A stretch of DNA of 64,000 nt, taken from a bacterium. Lineage in GTDB: Bacteria > SAR324 > NAC60-12. The notes below the pieces were generated by a model. The model did not search any database. It was not told where the DNA came from and saw nothing but the letters and a program-made list of their open reading frames with translations. Positions 9,062-18,816 of the stretch are shown piece after piece. The first letter of the stretch is position 1. Every line of letters begins with the position of its first letter. The DNA is taken from assembly GCA_965233585.1 (NCBI GenBank), contig CBDDTI010000746.1:224001-288000 (forward strand), written 5' to 3'. The position numbers and the translations under genes were made by a program.

Positions 9062-12000
9062 TTGCTTGGTCTCAGTCTTATGATCTCCAAATTTAAGTCA
9101 TTCCTAGACAAAAATAGCAGTAGCAAGGAAAGTCAGCCTTCCACACCGAAAAGCAAGAATACTCTCAAAGAGATTCAAGAGACTCAAAAAAGCAAAGCCA
9201 GCCAAGTCTCCCGCTGTCCTCGCTACCCTGAACAACTGCAAAGATTCACGGGCTTGTACCAAAAGTTTTCTGCCAATGCCTTTGATGAATCCACATCCAA
9301 CCAACTAGAAACAATCCTTGACCACCTCCAAGAACACAAAATTCAGCAAAAGTTTTCCAAATGTTACAGCCCAGAGCAGTTGTCTGAATTTTTAACACAG
9401 GCGAAGGAAGACTACACGCGTTTAGGGACTCTTGCCAAAGAACGTGTGAAGAGTTTTTTTGAGCTTTCTGATGAAGAGATGCAAAAGGCAGTGTCTGAGG
9501 CGATTTTATTGTGCGACCAAAACCCTGAAAATGCTGAACCTTTGGAGTTGGTGGTAGAGAGAGTTTTTAACAAAGACAGCAGTCAATCGCTGGTGACCCA
9601 AAAATATGAGGTCTTTCCAAAAAATGCGTTATCAGGCTTGACAGGGCATCAACGTTTTATCCCACCTGAAAAATTCAATGACTCTGCTGAAGGTTTTTCA
9701 GTAGAAGGTTTTTTAAAAGAAGAACACCCGCAACTTGGGGCGAAGTTTGGGTCGGGTTCTCAAAACAAGATTGTTGCCATCACCACCATTGGCAGTCTTG
9801 GTGGAATTGGACACAAACCTGATTCTGATGCAGATTTGCAAGCAGTGTTCAATACCTCGCTTGTCTGGGATTATCAATGGAATGATGCGGATTACTTCCT
9901 TGCCTTCTTAGAATGTTTGATGCAAGACGTGGTTTCAGAATTTCTGCATCGCACTTTGTCTTTGGCGAAAAGCACAGATCTTTTAGAGCAGACCAAAACA
10001 GAGCTTCAGGACAAGTGCCGCGAAGCGTTGACTGCTGATGAGGTGCGCATTGTGGACTCTATTTTCCCTTGCATGTTTCAAGAGATGATTGAATCAAAAT
10101 GTTGGAATTTAATCCGTGTTGCCAAACCTGCTTGGCAAAGTCAACTGTTGTGGACAGTTTTGAAGCAGAAAGTCGTTTCTTGCCCGTGGATCGTTCCCTA
10201 CATCAAGCATCTCTTGAGTTGTTTCCCAATGCTTTCTAAGGTGACCAAAGAGCAACTGATGGCAGAATGCTTTCCTTTTATCCTCCAAAAGACGGGTAAC
10301 ATTCGCTGCTATCAAATTCTTGTGAAATTTTATCAAAAATGGCTGGGGAATGTGATGGTGAGTCAGATTCTCAATACGGAAGATGGTGCAGACCCCAAAA
10401 AGAGCATTCAAATCTTGATGGCACATTTAAGGAAAAACCCTTTGAGGCATCATGTCCTGAAAAACTTTGCTTTTGACCTTGCCTCAAAGTTGTCCCCTGA
10501 AATGCTCCCAAGTCTTTTGAGCCATGTGCAGTCTTTTGCAAAATCGCTTTCTTTAGAAGATTCATTTTTACGAAGTATCTCCAAAGCGTCGCTAGAGCCT
10601 GTGGCTCGTCAAGGAGAGCTACAAGCAATGGTTAAAGTGATAGAGGCGTACCAGACGTATCAAGCCATGCGAAAAGAGGCTGAAAGCGAATTGTCCTTGC
10701 ATCAGAAAATCTTGAACATTGAAAACTACCTGACCCATAAATACCCTGACACAGAAACGCATGTCTTTACTAATATTTTAAGAAAGCAAAGAGCGGGGGA
10801 ACACACACCTTTTTTAGTGTCTCCAGAAGGAAGCATGGCTTATGGGTTGATGCTGAATGACTCCCTTTTAAATTGTGCCATGTTTTTAGGGGGGCTTTCT
10901 CCTATGCCTTTCAGTTTGCCAAAAGAGCTGAAAGCCTTGTTAAAAACAGGAGTCCTCCTTGACCAATGGACTTTACAACAAGAACAAGAGTCTTTTCCTG
11001 TGCAATCTTTGCCAGATTGGGGTCAAACGGTTTTAGAACGTGAGCAAGTTTGGGAGCATGTCATTCCCATCTATTTAAGAGAAAGTGAAAAAGTCAGTCA
11101 TCGTAACTTGCCAAAAGCCCTGCTAAATTGTTGGTGGCTTGAAATGATTGTTTGCCATGAAAAAGATGAAGACCCTGTAACCAGCCTGACCCAACTCTTG
11201 CTTTATCCTGAACAAAGGCAATTTATTAAACTCAATGACCTTAATCCTTACAGCGAAAAAATCCTAAAATTAGAAGATGAATTCCCTCAACTTGTCAAAG
11301 ACCCTTGGTGGATTAAATACACAGAGATGTTGACACGTTTTCAAGATGCTGAGGTGAAAGAGCAAATTGTGTTCTGCTTCACTCAACATATTAGATTGAC
11401 AGACGTCATCAACTTCCACGATGGGAGTGCCATTTGGATTGAGAAAGGAAAAGTCTCTTGGAGAACAGCATGTTTGGTACGTTTTTATGAACTCTTTGTC
11501 TCTTCAGATGAACAACGAGAGACGTTGATGAATTTTGCACAAGGCAGGGATTCTACGGCAAATCAAATTGAATCAATCCTGAAGAAACTTTTTTTAAAAT
11601 CTCTGCGAGCAGTAGAGCAAAAGTTACAATCCATCAACAATGAAAGAGCTTTGCACGAGATTCAAAATTGCATTTGTACTGAAAACAACTTAAAGGCATT
11701 GCCCCCTGACATTTTTGAGTTTATTCGGCAATGCCTGACACAAATCAACACGTCTGTCATGCTAGCAGACCCCAAAATTTTGAAAAAAGCCAAACAAGGA
11801 CAAACCCTTTCACCTTTTGAAAAAATCCAACTCAACGACATTCAACTTGCACGTAGCAACTTCAAAAAATCCTTTGCCCCAGTGATTGAAGACCTGAAAG
11901 AAAATCAACTTTCCACCTCCCTTGAAGTTCTGGAAGAATGCGTCATGCGTTCGCGAATCCGTGTAGCAGGAGACCCTTTGGAAAATGTCATCTTTCGCTA

Positions 12001-12883
12001 TCACTTTGAAAGAAACTTTAAACGTAAAAAGTTTCAAATTCCCCTGCCCATCTCTAAAAGTTTAAGTATTCCTAGAAGTAAGGTAATGCTTGTGTTTAAT
12101 GAGAAGAAGCGGAAATGGACTTTTAAATCGGTGATTGGGAGAGATAAGACAAGCACAAGGCGCACTGAAAGTGTCTTCCAAATGTTTGAAGCACCTTTGA
12201 CAGAAGGCGTTGCCAAATGTGTGTTTAGTGGCTATCTTGGCTACACTTCACGCAATCTCACAGCATTTGAAAAACCTGCTGTCTTTGGAAACTGCCCAGA
12301 ACTCAAGAACTCTATCAATCATCAAGATATTCAGAACTTAGCCTTCAGCTTAAAGGATTTCTTTGTCCCCCGTAAAACGAACTCCCAAGAATTGTTGGAA
12401 AATATTCACTACGTGAGTGATATTTTTATGGTCTGTGGTGTAGACCATGCCCATTCCGTTTCTTTGATTGTGAGGGACAACTTTGGAGACAACTTTGCAC
12501 ATTCTTTTGGTTTGGATATGTCCAGCCTGAAAAAGCCCAAAGATTCTTATGCGGCAGAGGCAAAGTTTTTCTTCCGCTTTTTCAGTGCGTTGAACATGAT
12601 TCAAGCACGTCAAATGTTTGCAACAGTCATAGAAGAAATGAATTTAGAAATCAACCCAGCTTATCCTCCTAGATTTGGGGTTTGGGTCAATGACGGGAAT
12701 TTTGAAATCAGTGTGTCTCAAAAGCTGAAGCACGTCTATCTGGCTGGGGTAGCTAGTGCCATGTGGAATGCTGCCATGCTGGCAAATGACCAGTACCTTG
12801 AACCCATCAAAATTGCAAATCATCACGCTTTAGATAAGTTTGGAAAACTAGCGATTGAGAAAGCAGTCCATACTAAAAAATAA
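9062..12883 (+). CDS. Class I adenylate cyclase-like nucleotidyltransferase, enlarged (1273 aa)
   Basis: TIGSLGGIGHKPDSDADL matches the class I AC GS...SDxD motif. Later blocks (ETHVF, EGSMAYGLMLND, DWG, LPKALL, DPW) follow CyaA order. Confidence 0.75.
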   Translation: MLGLSLMISKFKSFLDKNSSSKESQPSTPKSKNTLKEIQETQKSKASQVSRCPRYPEQLQRFTGLYQKFSANAFDESTSNQLETILDHLQEHKIQQKFSKCYSPEQLSEFLTQAKEDYTRLGTLAKERVKSFFELSDEEMQKAVSEAILLCDQNPENAEPLELVVERVFNKDSSQSLVTQKYEVFPKNALSGLTGHQRFIPPEKFNDSAEGFSVEGFLKEEHPQLGAKFGSGSQNKIVAITTIGSLGGIGHKPDSDADLQAVFNTSLVWDYQWNDADYFLAFLECLMQDVVSEFLHRTLSLAKSTDLLEQTKTELQDKCREALTADEVRIVDSIFPCMFQEMIESKCWNLIRVAKPAWQSQLLWTVLKQKVVSCPWIVPYIKHLLSCFPMLSKVTKEQLMAECFPFILQKTGNIRCYQILVKFYQKWLGNVMVSQILNTEDGADPKKSIQILMAHLRKNPLRHHVLKNFAFDLASKLSPEMLPSLLSHVQSFAKSLSLEDSFLRSISKASLEPVARQGELQAMVKVIEAYQTYQAMRKEAESELSLHQKILNIENYLTHKYPDTETHVFTNILRKQRAGEHTPFLVSPEGSMAYGLMLNDSLLNCAMFLGGLSPMPFSLPKELKALLKTGVLLDQWTLQQEQESFPVQSLPDWGQTVLEREQVWEHVIPIYLRESEKVSHRNLPKALLNCWWLEMIVCHEKDEDPVTSLTQLLLYPEQRQFIKLNDLNPYSEKILKLEDEFPQLVKDPWWIKYTEMLTRFQDAEVKEQIVFCFTQHIRLTDVINFHDGSAIWIEKGKVSWRTACLVRFYELFVSSDEQRETLMNFAQGRDSTANQIESILKKLFLKSLRAVEQKLQSINNERALHEIQNCICTENNLKALPPDIFEFIRQCLTQINTSVMLADPKILKKAKQGQTLSPFEKIQLNDIQLARSNFKKSFAPVIEDLKENQLSTSLEVLEECVMRSRIRVAGDPLENVIFRYHFERNFKRKKFQIPLPISKSLSIPRSKVMLVFNEKKRKWTFKSVIGRDKTSTRRTESVFQMFEAPLTEGVAKCVFSGYLGYTSRNLTAFEKPAVFGNCPELKNSINHQDIQNLAFSLKDFFVPRKTNSQELLENIHYVSDIFMVCGVDHAHSVSLIVRDNFGDNFAHSFGLDMSSLKKPKDSYAAEAKFFFRFFSALNMIQARQMFATVIEEMNLEINPAYPPRFGVWVNDGNFEISVSQKLKHVYLAGVASAMWNAAMLANDQYLEPIKIANHHALDKFGKLAIEKAVHTKK

Positions 12884-13034
12884 TGACCCAAAAGTCATGG
12901 ATTCAAAAAAACGTTTTGACTCTTTTCAAACTGACTCTTTTCCAAATCTCAAAAATCAAGTCAAGCAACAGATAGTTTGACAGCATTTTTAAACAAATTT
13001 CATACAAAAATCGTTTTGATTCATTTGGCTAAAA

Positions 13035-13988
13035 ATGGAGCAATCTACCAGTTTACTGCCGACCAACTTACTACAATTTGAATCCCTGCTACCTGCATAT
13101 CGTCATTATTTGGTTGCAGAACAACAATTTTCATCTGACTCTGTCAAAGTTTATTTGTCAGTCATCAAGCAATTTTTAAGATTCTGCATCAGAAATCATC
13201 AAGACCTTCTTATTCCAAAAGATTGCTCTTTTGACCAAGTAGATACAAGGGTGTTCAAAGTGTTTTTGCATGATTGTTCAGAACGTGGGTGCTTGTCTCA
13301 AACCTTGTCAGCCTATACATCATGCGTGAAAGCCTTTTTTGTTTTTTTAGACAGACAGGGCATTTCGCCTCATCATTCTTTGATTTATCTTGTGCCTCAA
13401 GTGGAGATGACAGAGGCGTTGTTCCCTGATGTTGATGCCCAATGGGTTGCAAGATTGTTTGCCACGAAGTATCCCAAAACATTTCAAGGGTCTCGTGACC
13501 GTTTGATTTTAGAGTTGTTCTACGGAGCAAATCTTTCTATTAAAAAACTGGCAGACATCACCAAAAGCTCAATAGATTGGCAGAATCATCAGGCAACGTT
13601 GACATTTATGGGGCGACCTCATACGTTGCCTTTGTGTCAAGATGCTTTAGAAACGTTGGAAGGCTACAAAAAAATGCGTAAAAAATTCCTTGCCACTAAA
13701 AGCGAACGCCCTCCTCATTTATTGATTAATTTGTGGGGTTCTTCTATGTCCCGAACAAGCATTGCAAGGTCTCTTAAATCTTCTATGGAACGTATTGCAC
13801 TTGACGAACACAGAACCGTCGTTTTAAGACATTTGTCATCAAAACACTTTGCTGAAGGAGGTGCAGATTCTAGGTCGCTTCAAACACACAGAATGAGTCA
13901 AACGATGAATCATCTTGACGTTTTTAAAAGAGAAGGATTTGATGAGGCACTTGAGCAATTTAGGCGGCTTCATTACCGAGAACAATGA
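13035..13988 (+). CDS. XerC-like tyrosine recombinase homolog with degenerate active site
   Basis: N-terminal core-binding domain, RDRLILELFYG, LRHLSSKHFAEGGAD; most catalytic residues are substituted. Confidence 0.8.
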   Translation: MEQSTSLLPTNLLQFESLLPAYRHYLVAEQQFSSDSVKVYLSVIKQFLRFCIRNHQDLLIPKDCSFDQVDTRVFKVFLHDCSERGCLSQTLSAYTSCVKAFFVFLDRQGISPHHSLIYLVPQVEMTEALFPDVDAQWVARLFATKYPKTFQGSRDRLILELFYGANLSIKKLADITKSSIDWQNHQATLTFMGRPHTLPLCQDALETLEGYKKMRKKFLATKSERPPHLLINLWGSSMSRTSIARSLKSSMERIALDEHRTVVLRHLSSKHFAEGGADSRSLQTHRMSQTMNHLDVFKREGFDEALEQFRRLHYREQ

Positions 13989-14304
13989 AAGATGAATCAT
14001 TGGCTTCTGGTTAAAAATTGGCTTCAAACGAAACAGTCTTTAACGTTTTTCTAGCTTGACTTTTTGTGATAGTTTCTAAGACTCATTTTTTTCATTTTTG
14101 TTCAATCAAATTTTTTTTGAATCCAAGTTTCATTTTCATTGAACATCATCAAATGTTTTTGATTTTTTGATGATGAAGTTTAAATTTTTTGCATCTAATC
14201 TTCAATGTTTTTGATGAATTGACGACTTTTTTTCGTAGGCTTTAATCTCTTGTTTTTGTATTGATTTTTAATCATCCTTTTTAGATTTTTTCTTAAAAAA
14301 CTCA

Positions 14305-14325
14305 TTGATTTATGTACAAAATCAA
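14305..14325. promoter_or_regulatory. Candidate operator palindrome upstream of the metal ATPase operon
   Basis: TTGATTT-N7-AAATCAA, 30 bp before the first gene. Confidence 0.3.
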
Positions 14326-14355
14326 ACTAATCTATTGGGTTTTCATCTTTGAGTT

Positions 14356-14862
14356 ATGCTTCGCAATTTTTCATCATTTAAGGGATTTAGGAACTCGTTG
14401 GAAGTGGTTCATTACATAGAGGGACGCATGAGGCTGCATGCACCTTCAGTCAACAAGTGGGAGCTAGTAGTAGAAGTCAAAGAGTTTTTAGAATCCAAAG
14501 CAAACCTTCAAATCCAAAGCAATCCTGTCAGTAAAAGTTTGCTGGTCTTGTTTGATTCCAAAACCCAAGAACCTTATGAAGTCTTTTTTTTAATCCTTCG
14601 TGCATTAGAGAAAATAGGAGCGATTCCAACTTCCAAAACGTCTGCCTTCCAAAAGCAATTTGTTTTGGGGTCTCAACTCTTGAATCATGGGATTTATGAA
14701 CAAACTCAAGGCAAGTTAGATTTATGGGGTTTGATGCCCCTACTTTATCTTGCTTTCTGTGTAAAAAGTCTTTTGAAAGGAGGGGGTATGAGACAACTGA
14801 CGCTTTTGACAATTCTTTGGCAAGTCTGGTCTTTCTGGTTTTCCAATCAAAAGAATCCATGA
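14356..14862 (+). CDS. HMA2-like (Cys-less heavy-metal-associated) domain membrane protein
   Basis: VVHYIEGRMRL...NPVSKSLLVLFD; C-terminal hydrophobic segments. Confidence 0.7.
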   Translation: MLRNFSSFKGFRNSLEVVHYIEGRMRLHAPSVNKWELVVEVKEFLESKANLQIQSNPVSKSLLVLFDSKTQEPYEVFFLILRALEKIGAIPTSKTSAFQKQFVLGSQLLNHGIYEQTQGKLDLWGLMPLLYLAFCVKSLLKGGGMRQLTLLTILWQVWSFWFSNQKNP

Positions 14863-14872
14863 AGCAGAAACG

Positions 14873-15295
14873 ATGAAGTGGATCAATGCCCTCAATCAGA
14901 AGCTGTTAAAGCCCAAAGTGGTGCATCGCCTGCGTGGAAGAATCAGGCTTGAATTGCCGTTGTTGAAGCACTTGCCAGCACATTTTTTGCCTGATGCCGA
15001 ACGTCTTGAAAAACTCACTCACCTATTTTCAGGACTCCAAAGCATCAGTCTTTCTTCCCAAACAATGCTGGTGACTTATGACCATGAGACTCTCAAAGAA
15101 GCAGATATTTTAGGAGCTTTAGAGTCCATCAGCGGTTTTATCATAGACCAAAAGTCTTTTTTTGAAAAAATGACTGACCAAGAATGCCTCAATTTTTTAG
15201 AAAAGCTAGAGAAGTATTGCATGCAACATGGTGTCCAGTCCTTGATTGTCAATCACAAAATCACAATCCCCTATGAAATTGACCCAACAAAATAA
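14873..15295 (+). CDS. HMA2-like domain protein
   Basis: VVHRLRGRIRL...TMLVTYD. Confidence 0.7.
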   Translation: MKWINALNQKLLKPKVVHRLRGRIRLELPLLKHLPAHFLPDAERLEKLTHLFSGLQSISLSSQTMLVTYDHETLKEADILGALESISGFIIDQKSFFEKMTDQECLNFLEKLEKYCMQHGVQSLIVNHKITIPYEIDPTK

Positions 15296-17489
15296 GCCCC
15301 TGTTTTTATGTGAAATGGTGCATGAACTGCCGGGCAGAATCCGTTTTTCATGTCCTGCACTCAAATATTTGAAACCAGAAAAGAACAAGGTTGAACAAGC
15401 ATTGCTAAAAATTGAGGATGTGCAAAAAGCCAGTTTTTCTCACATCAGTTCCAATGCACTCATTCGCTACAATGATTCCAAACTAAACCCTGAAGTGTTG
15501 CTTGAAAAATGTGCAAAGGTGCTTTCAGAGTTTTCGCTAGTTGCTTTCAGGCGGGAGAGGCTTGAACAGGTGGAAGATATTGCCAAAGAAAGGAGGCTAG
15601 AGGGAGAAAGCGTTCAAAGCATGGTGCAACACACAGCACTGGCAGGTGGTGCAATGACTTTGTCACTTTTGCTAAAACTATTCTTTCCAAATTCTCCTTT
15701 TCTGATGGTCAGACAGGGATTGATTGGCAAATTTTTCAACTTCCCTGCACTAGCATCGCTAGCCTTGGCAATTCCTTTTTTTAGAAGTGGCTTTAAAGGA
15801 TTGATGATAGAAAAACGTCCCAATGCTGACACACTGACTGCAACCTCTATCGTGGCAGGCTTGGCAGCAGGGCAAGCCTCATCAACTTTGACAATCATCT
15901 TGCTTTCTGACTTTGCAGAGCTTCTTGCCTTGTATGGTCTGGAAAGGACAAGGGGTGCTATCCGAGACCTTTTGAAAACTCACGAGCATTCTGCATGGAA
16001 AGTCATTGAAGATTCAGGTCAAAAGACAACCATAGAAGTTCCCATTGAAGAGGTGGCAGTTGGGGACAAAATTGTCGTTCACACAGGGGAAAGAATCGGA
16101 GTAGATGGCAAAATCATTGAGGGTGAGGCTTTCATTGACCAGTCTTCAATCACGGGGGAGTTTATGCCAGTCCGTTGTGCCAAAGGACGTTCAGTCTATG
16201 CAGGGATGTTGGTCAAAAGTGGACAGGCTGTGATTGAGGCAGAACAAGTTGGCGAATCTACGGCAGCAAGTCGTGTGATTCAGCTGGTAGAAGATGCCAC
16301 CCATAACAAAGCCTGTTCACAAAATTATGCAGACCGCTTTTCTTCGGCATTGCTTCCAGTGAATTTTGTGCTGGCAGGATTGGCTTATTTACTGACACGC
16401 AACCCTGAAACCGCAGTCAATTTGCTAGTGATTGATTTTTCATGTGGCATGAGATTATCGGCGGCGACAGCATTTTCTTCTGCCATTGCAGCATCTGCAA
16501 GGCAGGGAGTTTTGATTAAGGGGGGAAATCATCTTGAAAACTTTGCCAAAGCCAACACGCTTGCTCTTGACAAGACAGGGACAATTACAGAAGGTCAACC
16601 CACGGTGCAAACTGTCATCACCTTTGACAAAACAGAAGCAGACGTTTTGAAACTTGCCGCAGCAGCAGAAGAAACCTCATCGCACCCTATTGCAACAGCA
16701 ATTTTAGCAAAGGCAGAGACGATTCCCAGTCATGGGACAGTCAAAGTGATTGCAGGGCAGGGAGTCCAAACGACGGTGGCTCGTCAAAGTGTCAAAGTAG
16801 GTTCAAGATTTTTCATGTCTCAAAATGCGTTGGATTTGTCCCATGTTCGGGAGGCAGAAAAGCAGATTGCTGAAAACTATGAAACCCCCGTTTATGTGGC
16901 TTATGGACAAAAAGTTGTGGGTTTGTTGGGGATTCAAGACCAAATGAGGCAGGGCATTAGACGTTCGGTGAATTGTATGAGAAGACACGGAATTGATGAA
17001 GTGGTGCTTTTAACAGGGGATACCATCACACCAGCCAAAGCAGTTGCTTCCCAAATCAATGCAGACCGTATGATTGCAGAATGCTTGCCTGAAGAGAAGT
17101 TGGAGAACATTTTGCACCTCCAGCATCAAGGTTCAAGAGTCGTCATGGTTGGGGACGGAATCAATGATGCGCTGTCTTTGGCATATGCTGATGTTGGAAT
17201 TGCTATGGGGCTTAAAAGCTCTGACATTGCATCGGAAACGGCAGACATTTCTATTTTGCGTGATGACCCACTTTTGTTGTCTGCCACTCAACAGCTTTCT
17301 GTGAAAACAATGAAGGTGGTCAATCAAAATTTTGCCGCCGTCATTGGAATCAACTTAGCCGTGATGCTACTTGGGGCATCTGGCACGATTCCTGTCTTTT
17401 GGGGGGCAACATTGCACAATCTGACAACGATTGCAACCTCTCTTAACTCTGCTCGTTTATTTTTCTCTGACCTACAAGACTATTTATAA
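15273..17489 (+). CDS. Heavy-metal P1B-type ATPase (SCx-motif subtype)
   Basis: TGE, DKTGT, HP and GDGIND motifs; membrane motif DFSCG, LHN in the last helix; N-terminal HELPGRIRF domain. Confidence 0.95.
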   Translation: MKLTQQNKPLFLCEMVHELPGRIRFSCPALKYLKPEKNKVEQALLKIEDVQKASFSHISSNALIRYNDSKLNPEVLLEKCAKVLSEFSLVAFRRERLEQVEDIAKERRLEGESVQSMVQHTALAGGAMTLSLLLKLFFPNSPFLMVRQGLIGKFFNFPALASLALAIPFFRSGFKGLMIEKRPNADTLTATSIVAGLAAGQASSTLTIILLSDFAELLALYGLERTRGAIRDLLKTHEHSAWKVIEDSGQKTTIEVPIEEVAVGDKIVVHTGERIGVDGKIIEGEAFIDQSSITGEFMPVRCAKGRSVYAGMLVKSGQAVIEAEQVGESTAASRVIQLVEDATHNKACSQNYADRFSSALLPVNFVLAGLAYLLTRNPETAVNLLVIDFSCGMRLSAATAFSSAIAASARQGVLIKGGNHLENFAKANTLALDKTGTITEGQPTVQTVITFDKTEADVLKLAAAAEETSSHPIATAILAKAETIPSHGTVKVIAGQGVQTTVARQSVKVGSRFFMSQNALDLSHVREAEKQIAENYETPVYVAYGQKVVGLLGIQDQMRQGIRRSVNCMRRHGIDEVVLLTGDTITPAKAVASQINADRMIAECLPEEKLENILHLQHQGSRVVMVGDGINDALSLAYADVGIAMGLKSSDIASETADISILRDDPLLLSATQQLSVKTMKVVNQNFAAVIGINLAVMLLGASGTIPVFWGATLHNLTTIATSLNSARLFFSDLQDYL

Positions 17490-17493
17490 GCCT

Positions 17494-18327
17494 ATGCAAG
17501 AACTGACATTGTCTATTGTCCATCAACAGAAGGGGAGAATGCGGCTGCGACTCTCTCATCATCTTTTGTATTGGGAAAAATTCCGCACTCGCATTGTCTC
17601 CAATCAAGCAGTGGAACAACTGCAATACACACCTGTTGTCAAAAGCCTTTTAGTACATTTTGACGCTCAACAAATCAAGCCAGAAGAATTGATTTTGCGT
17701 CTGGCAGTGACTTATTCCCTTGAGCATCACTTCACGCCTGTTAAAGTCTCATTTGATGGACAACATCACCCTCCAATGGAACAACCTGCTGTTTTGTCTG
17801 GTGTGTTGCTAGCATTGGCTGTTGTGGCAAAGTTTCCACTGGCAGCTACAAGACCTTATCAAAAATTGTTTGAGGTTCTGGCTTCAGGAGGTGTGGCATT
17901 GGCTGTGTTCAATCATGGACTCAAAGAATTTCGGGAGAGGGGAGACATAGACCCTGAGGTTGTTTCTGTGTTATACCTCGTGTCTGCTCTGTTCAGCGGT
18001 CGTTCCGTTCTTTCTGCAGGGGTTCTTACATGGTTCACATCGTTTAGTCGGCATTTGTTGTTGGAATCTATCGGGTCTTTGAAAGTCCATGCCTCTCCTG
18101 TTCATCAGTTAGATGATGGGGTTTTTGAAGTCAAAGTGACTCGTGAAAAACAACATCTGCGGGAATTATTAAGAAGATTTTCAGCACTGGCTGCCATCTT
18201 CTATGCAGGTGGTCGTTCAGAAGCAGAAAAGACATTGCGTGAGCTTCAAAACTCTGTCAATAGTCAGCATAACATTCTCAAAGGCTTGGAGGGACACCAC
18301 TCAAGCATCAATCTTGTTGTGAGATAA
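17494..18327 (+). CDS. HMA2-like domain membrane protein
   Basis: IVHQQKGRMRL...KSLLVHFD plus several transmembrane helices; in the operon. Confidence 0.65.
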   Translation: MQELTLSIVHQQKGRMRLRLSHHLLYWEKFRTRIVSNQAVEQLQYTPVVKSLLVHFDAQQIKPEELILRLAVTYSLEHHFTPVKVSFDGQHHPPMEQPAVLSGVLLALAVVAKFPLAATRPYQKLFEVLASGGVALAVFNHGLKEFRERGDIDPEVVSVLYLVSALFSGRSVLSAGVLTWFTSFSRHLLLESIGSLKVHASPVHQLDDGVFEVKVTREKQHLRELLRRFSALAAIFYAGGRSEAEKTLRELQNSVNSQHNILKGLEGHHSSINLVVR

Positions 18328-18391
18328 ACTTTTTGATTCCACAACATTTTTATCAAACCATATCTTAAATCTTAATTAAAGGAGTTTTAAC

Positions 18392-18634
18392 ATGAAATTA
18401 CACATTCAACATCTCACAGGATTCATTGCAGGCTTGGGCGTCTCTGCGTTTGGATACTATCTTTATCGTAAAAATCAAAGCAAAGTGGATAGATTTTTGG
18501 GAGATTTAGGCTTCCCTGTGTCTGAACCTACTTGCACCTACTCTGCGTCTCAAAGCCTAGAAGAACTTGTCCGCACCAAAGAAAGCATTGAAGATGCCAT
18601 CGCAGAAAAGGAAGCACAAGCCGATTCAAATTGA
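18392..18634 (+). CDS. Small membrane-anchored P1B-ATPase accessory protein
   Basis: SD AAGGAG; N-terminal transmembrane helix; acidic tail KESIEDAIAE. Confidence 0.7.
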   Translation: MKLHIQHLTGFIAGLGVSAFGYYLYRKNQSKVDRFLGDLGFPVSEPTCTYSASQSLEELVRTKESIEDAIAEKEAQADSN

Positions 18635-18673
18635 TTTCTTTCATTTGAAGGTCACTTCTTTCCATTGATTTCA

Positions 18674-18702
18674 CAAAGGTACGGGGGTCTTTCGTGCCTT
18701 TG
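18674..18702 (+). terminator. Probable terminator of the ATPase operon
   Basis: Hairpin CAAAGGTACG...CGTGCCTTTG. Confidence 0.45.
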
Positions 18703-18730
18703 ATGTCTTTCAAAAGATGAGTTTTAGGGG

Positions 18731-18759
18731 TTGCTCACTCTTAAAACTGAGCTTATAAT
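18731..18759 (+). promoter_or_regulatory. Sigma70-type promoter for the Kelch lipoprotein genes
   Basis: TTGCTC-17 bp-TATAAT. Confidence 0.55.
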
Positions 18760-18816
18760 CTTACCTTCACTTAATTATTCAATTATTGTAATTATTACTA
18801 AATTTGAACGGAGGAA

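Noticed and set aside
13035..13988. Prophage or island integrase
   Set aside because: Catalytic residues are missing, and there is no tRNA, att repeat or phage gene nearby.
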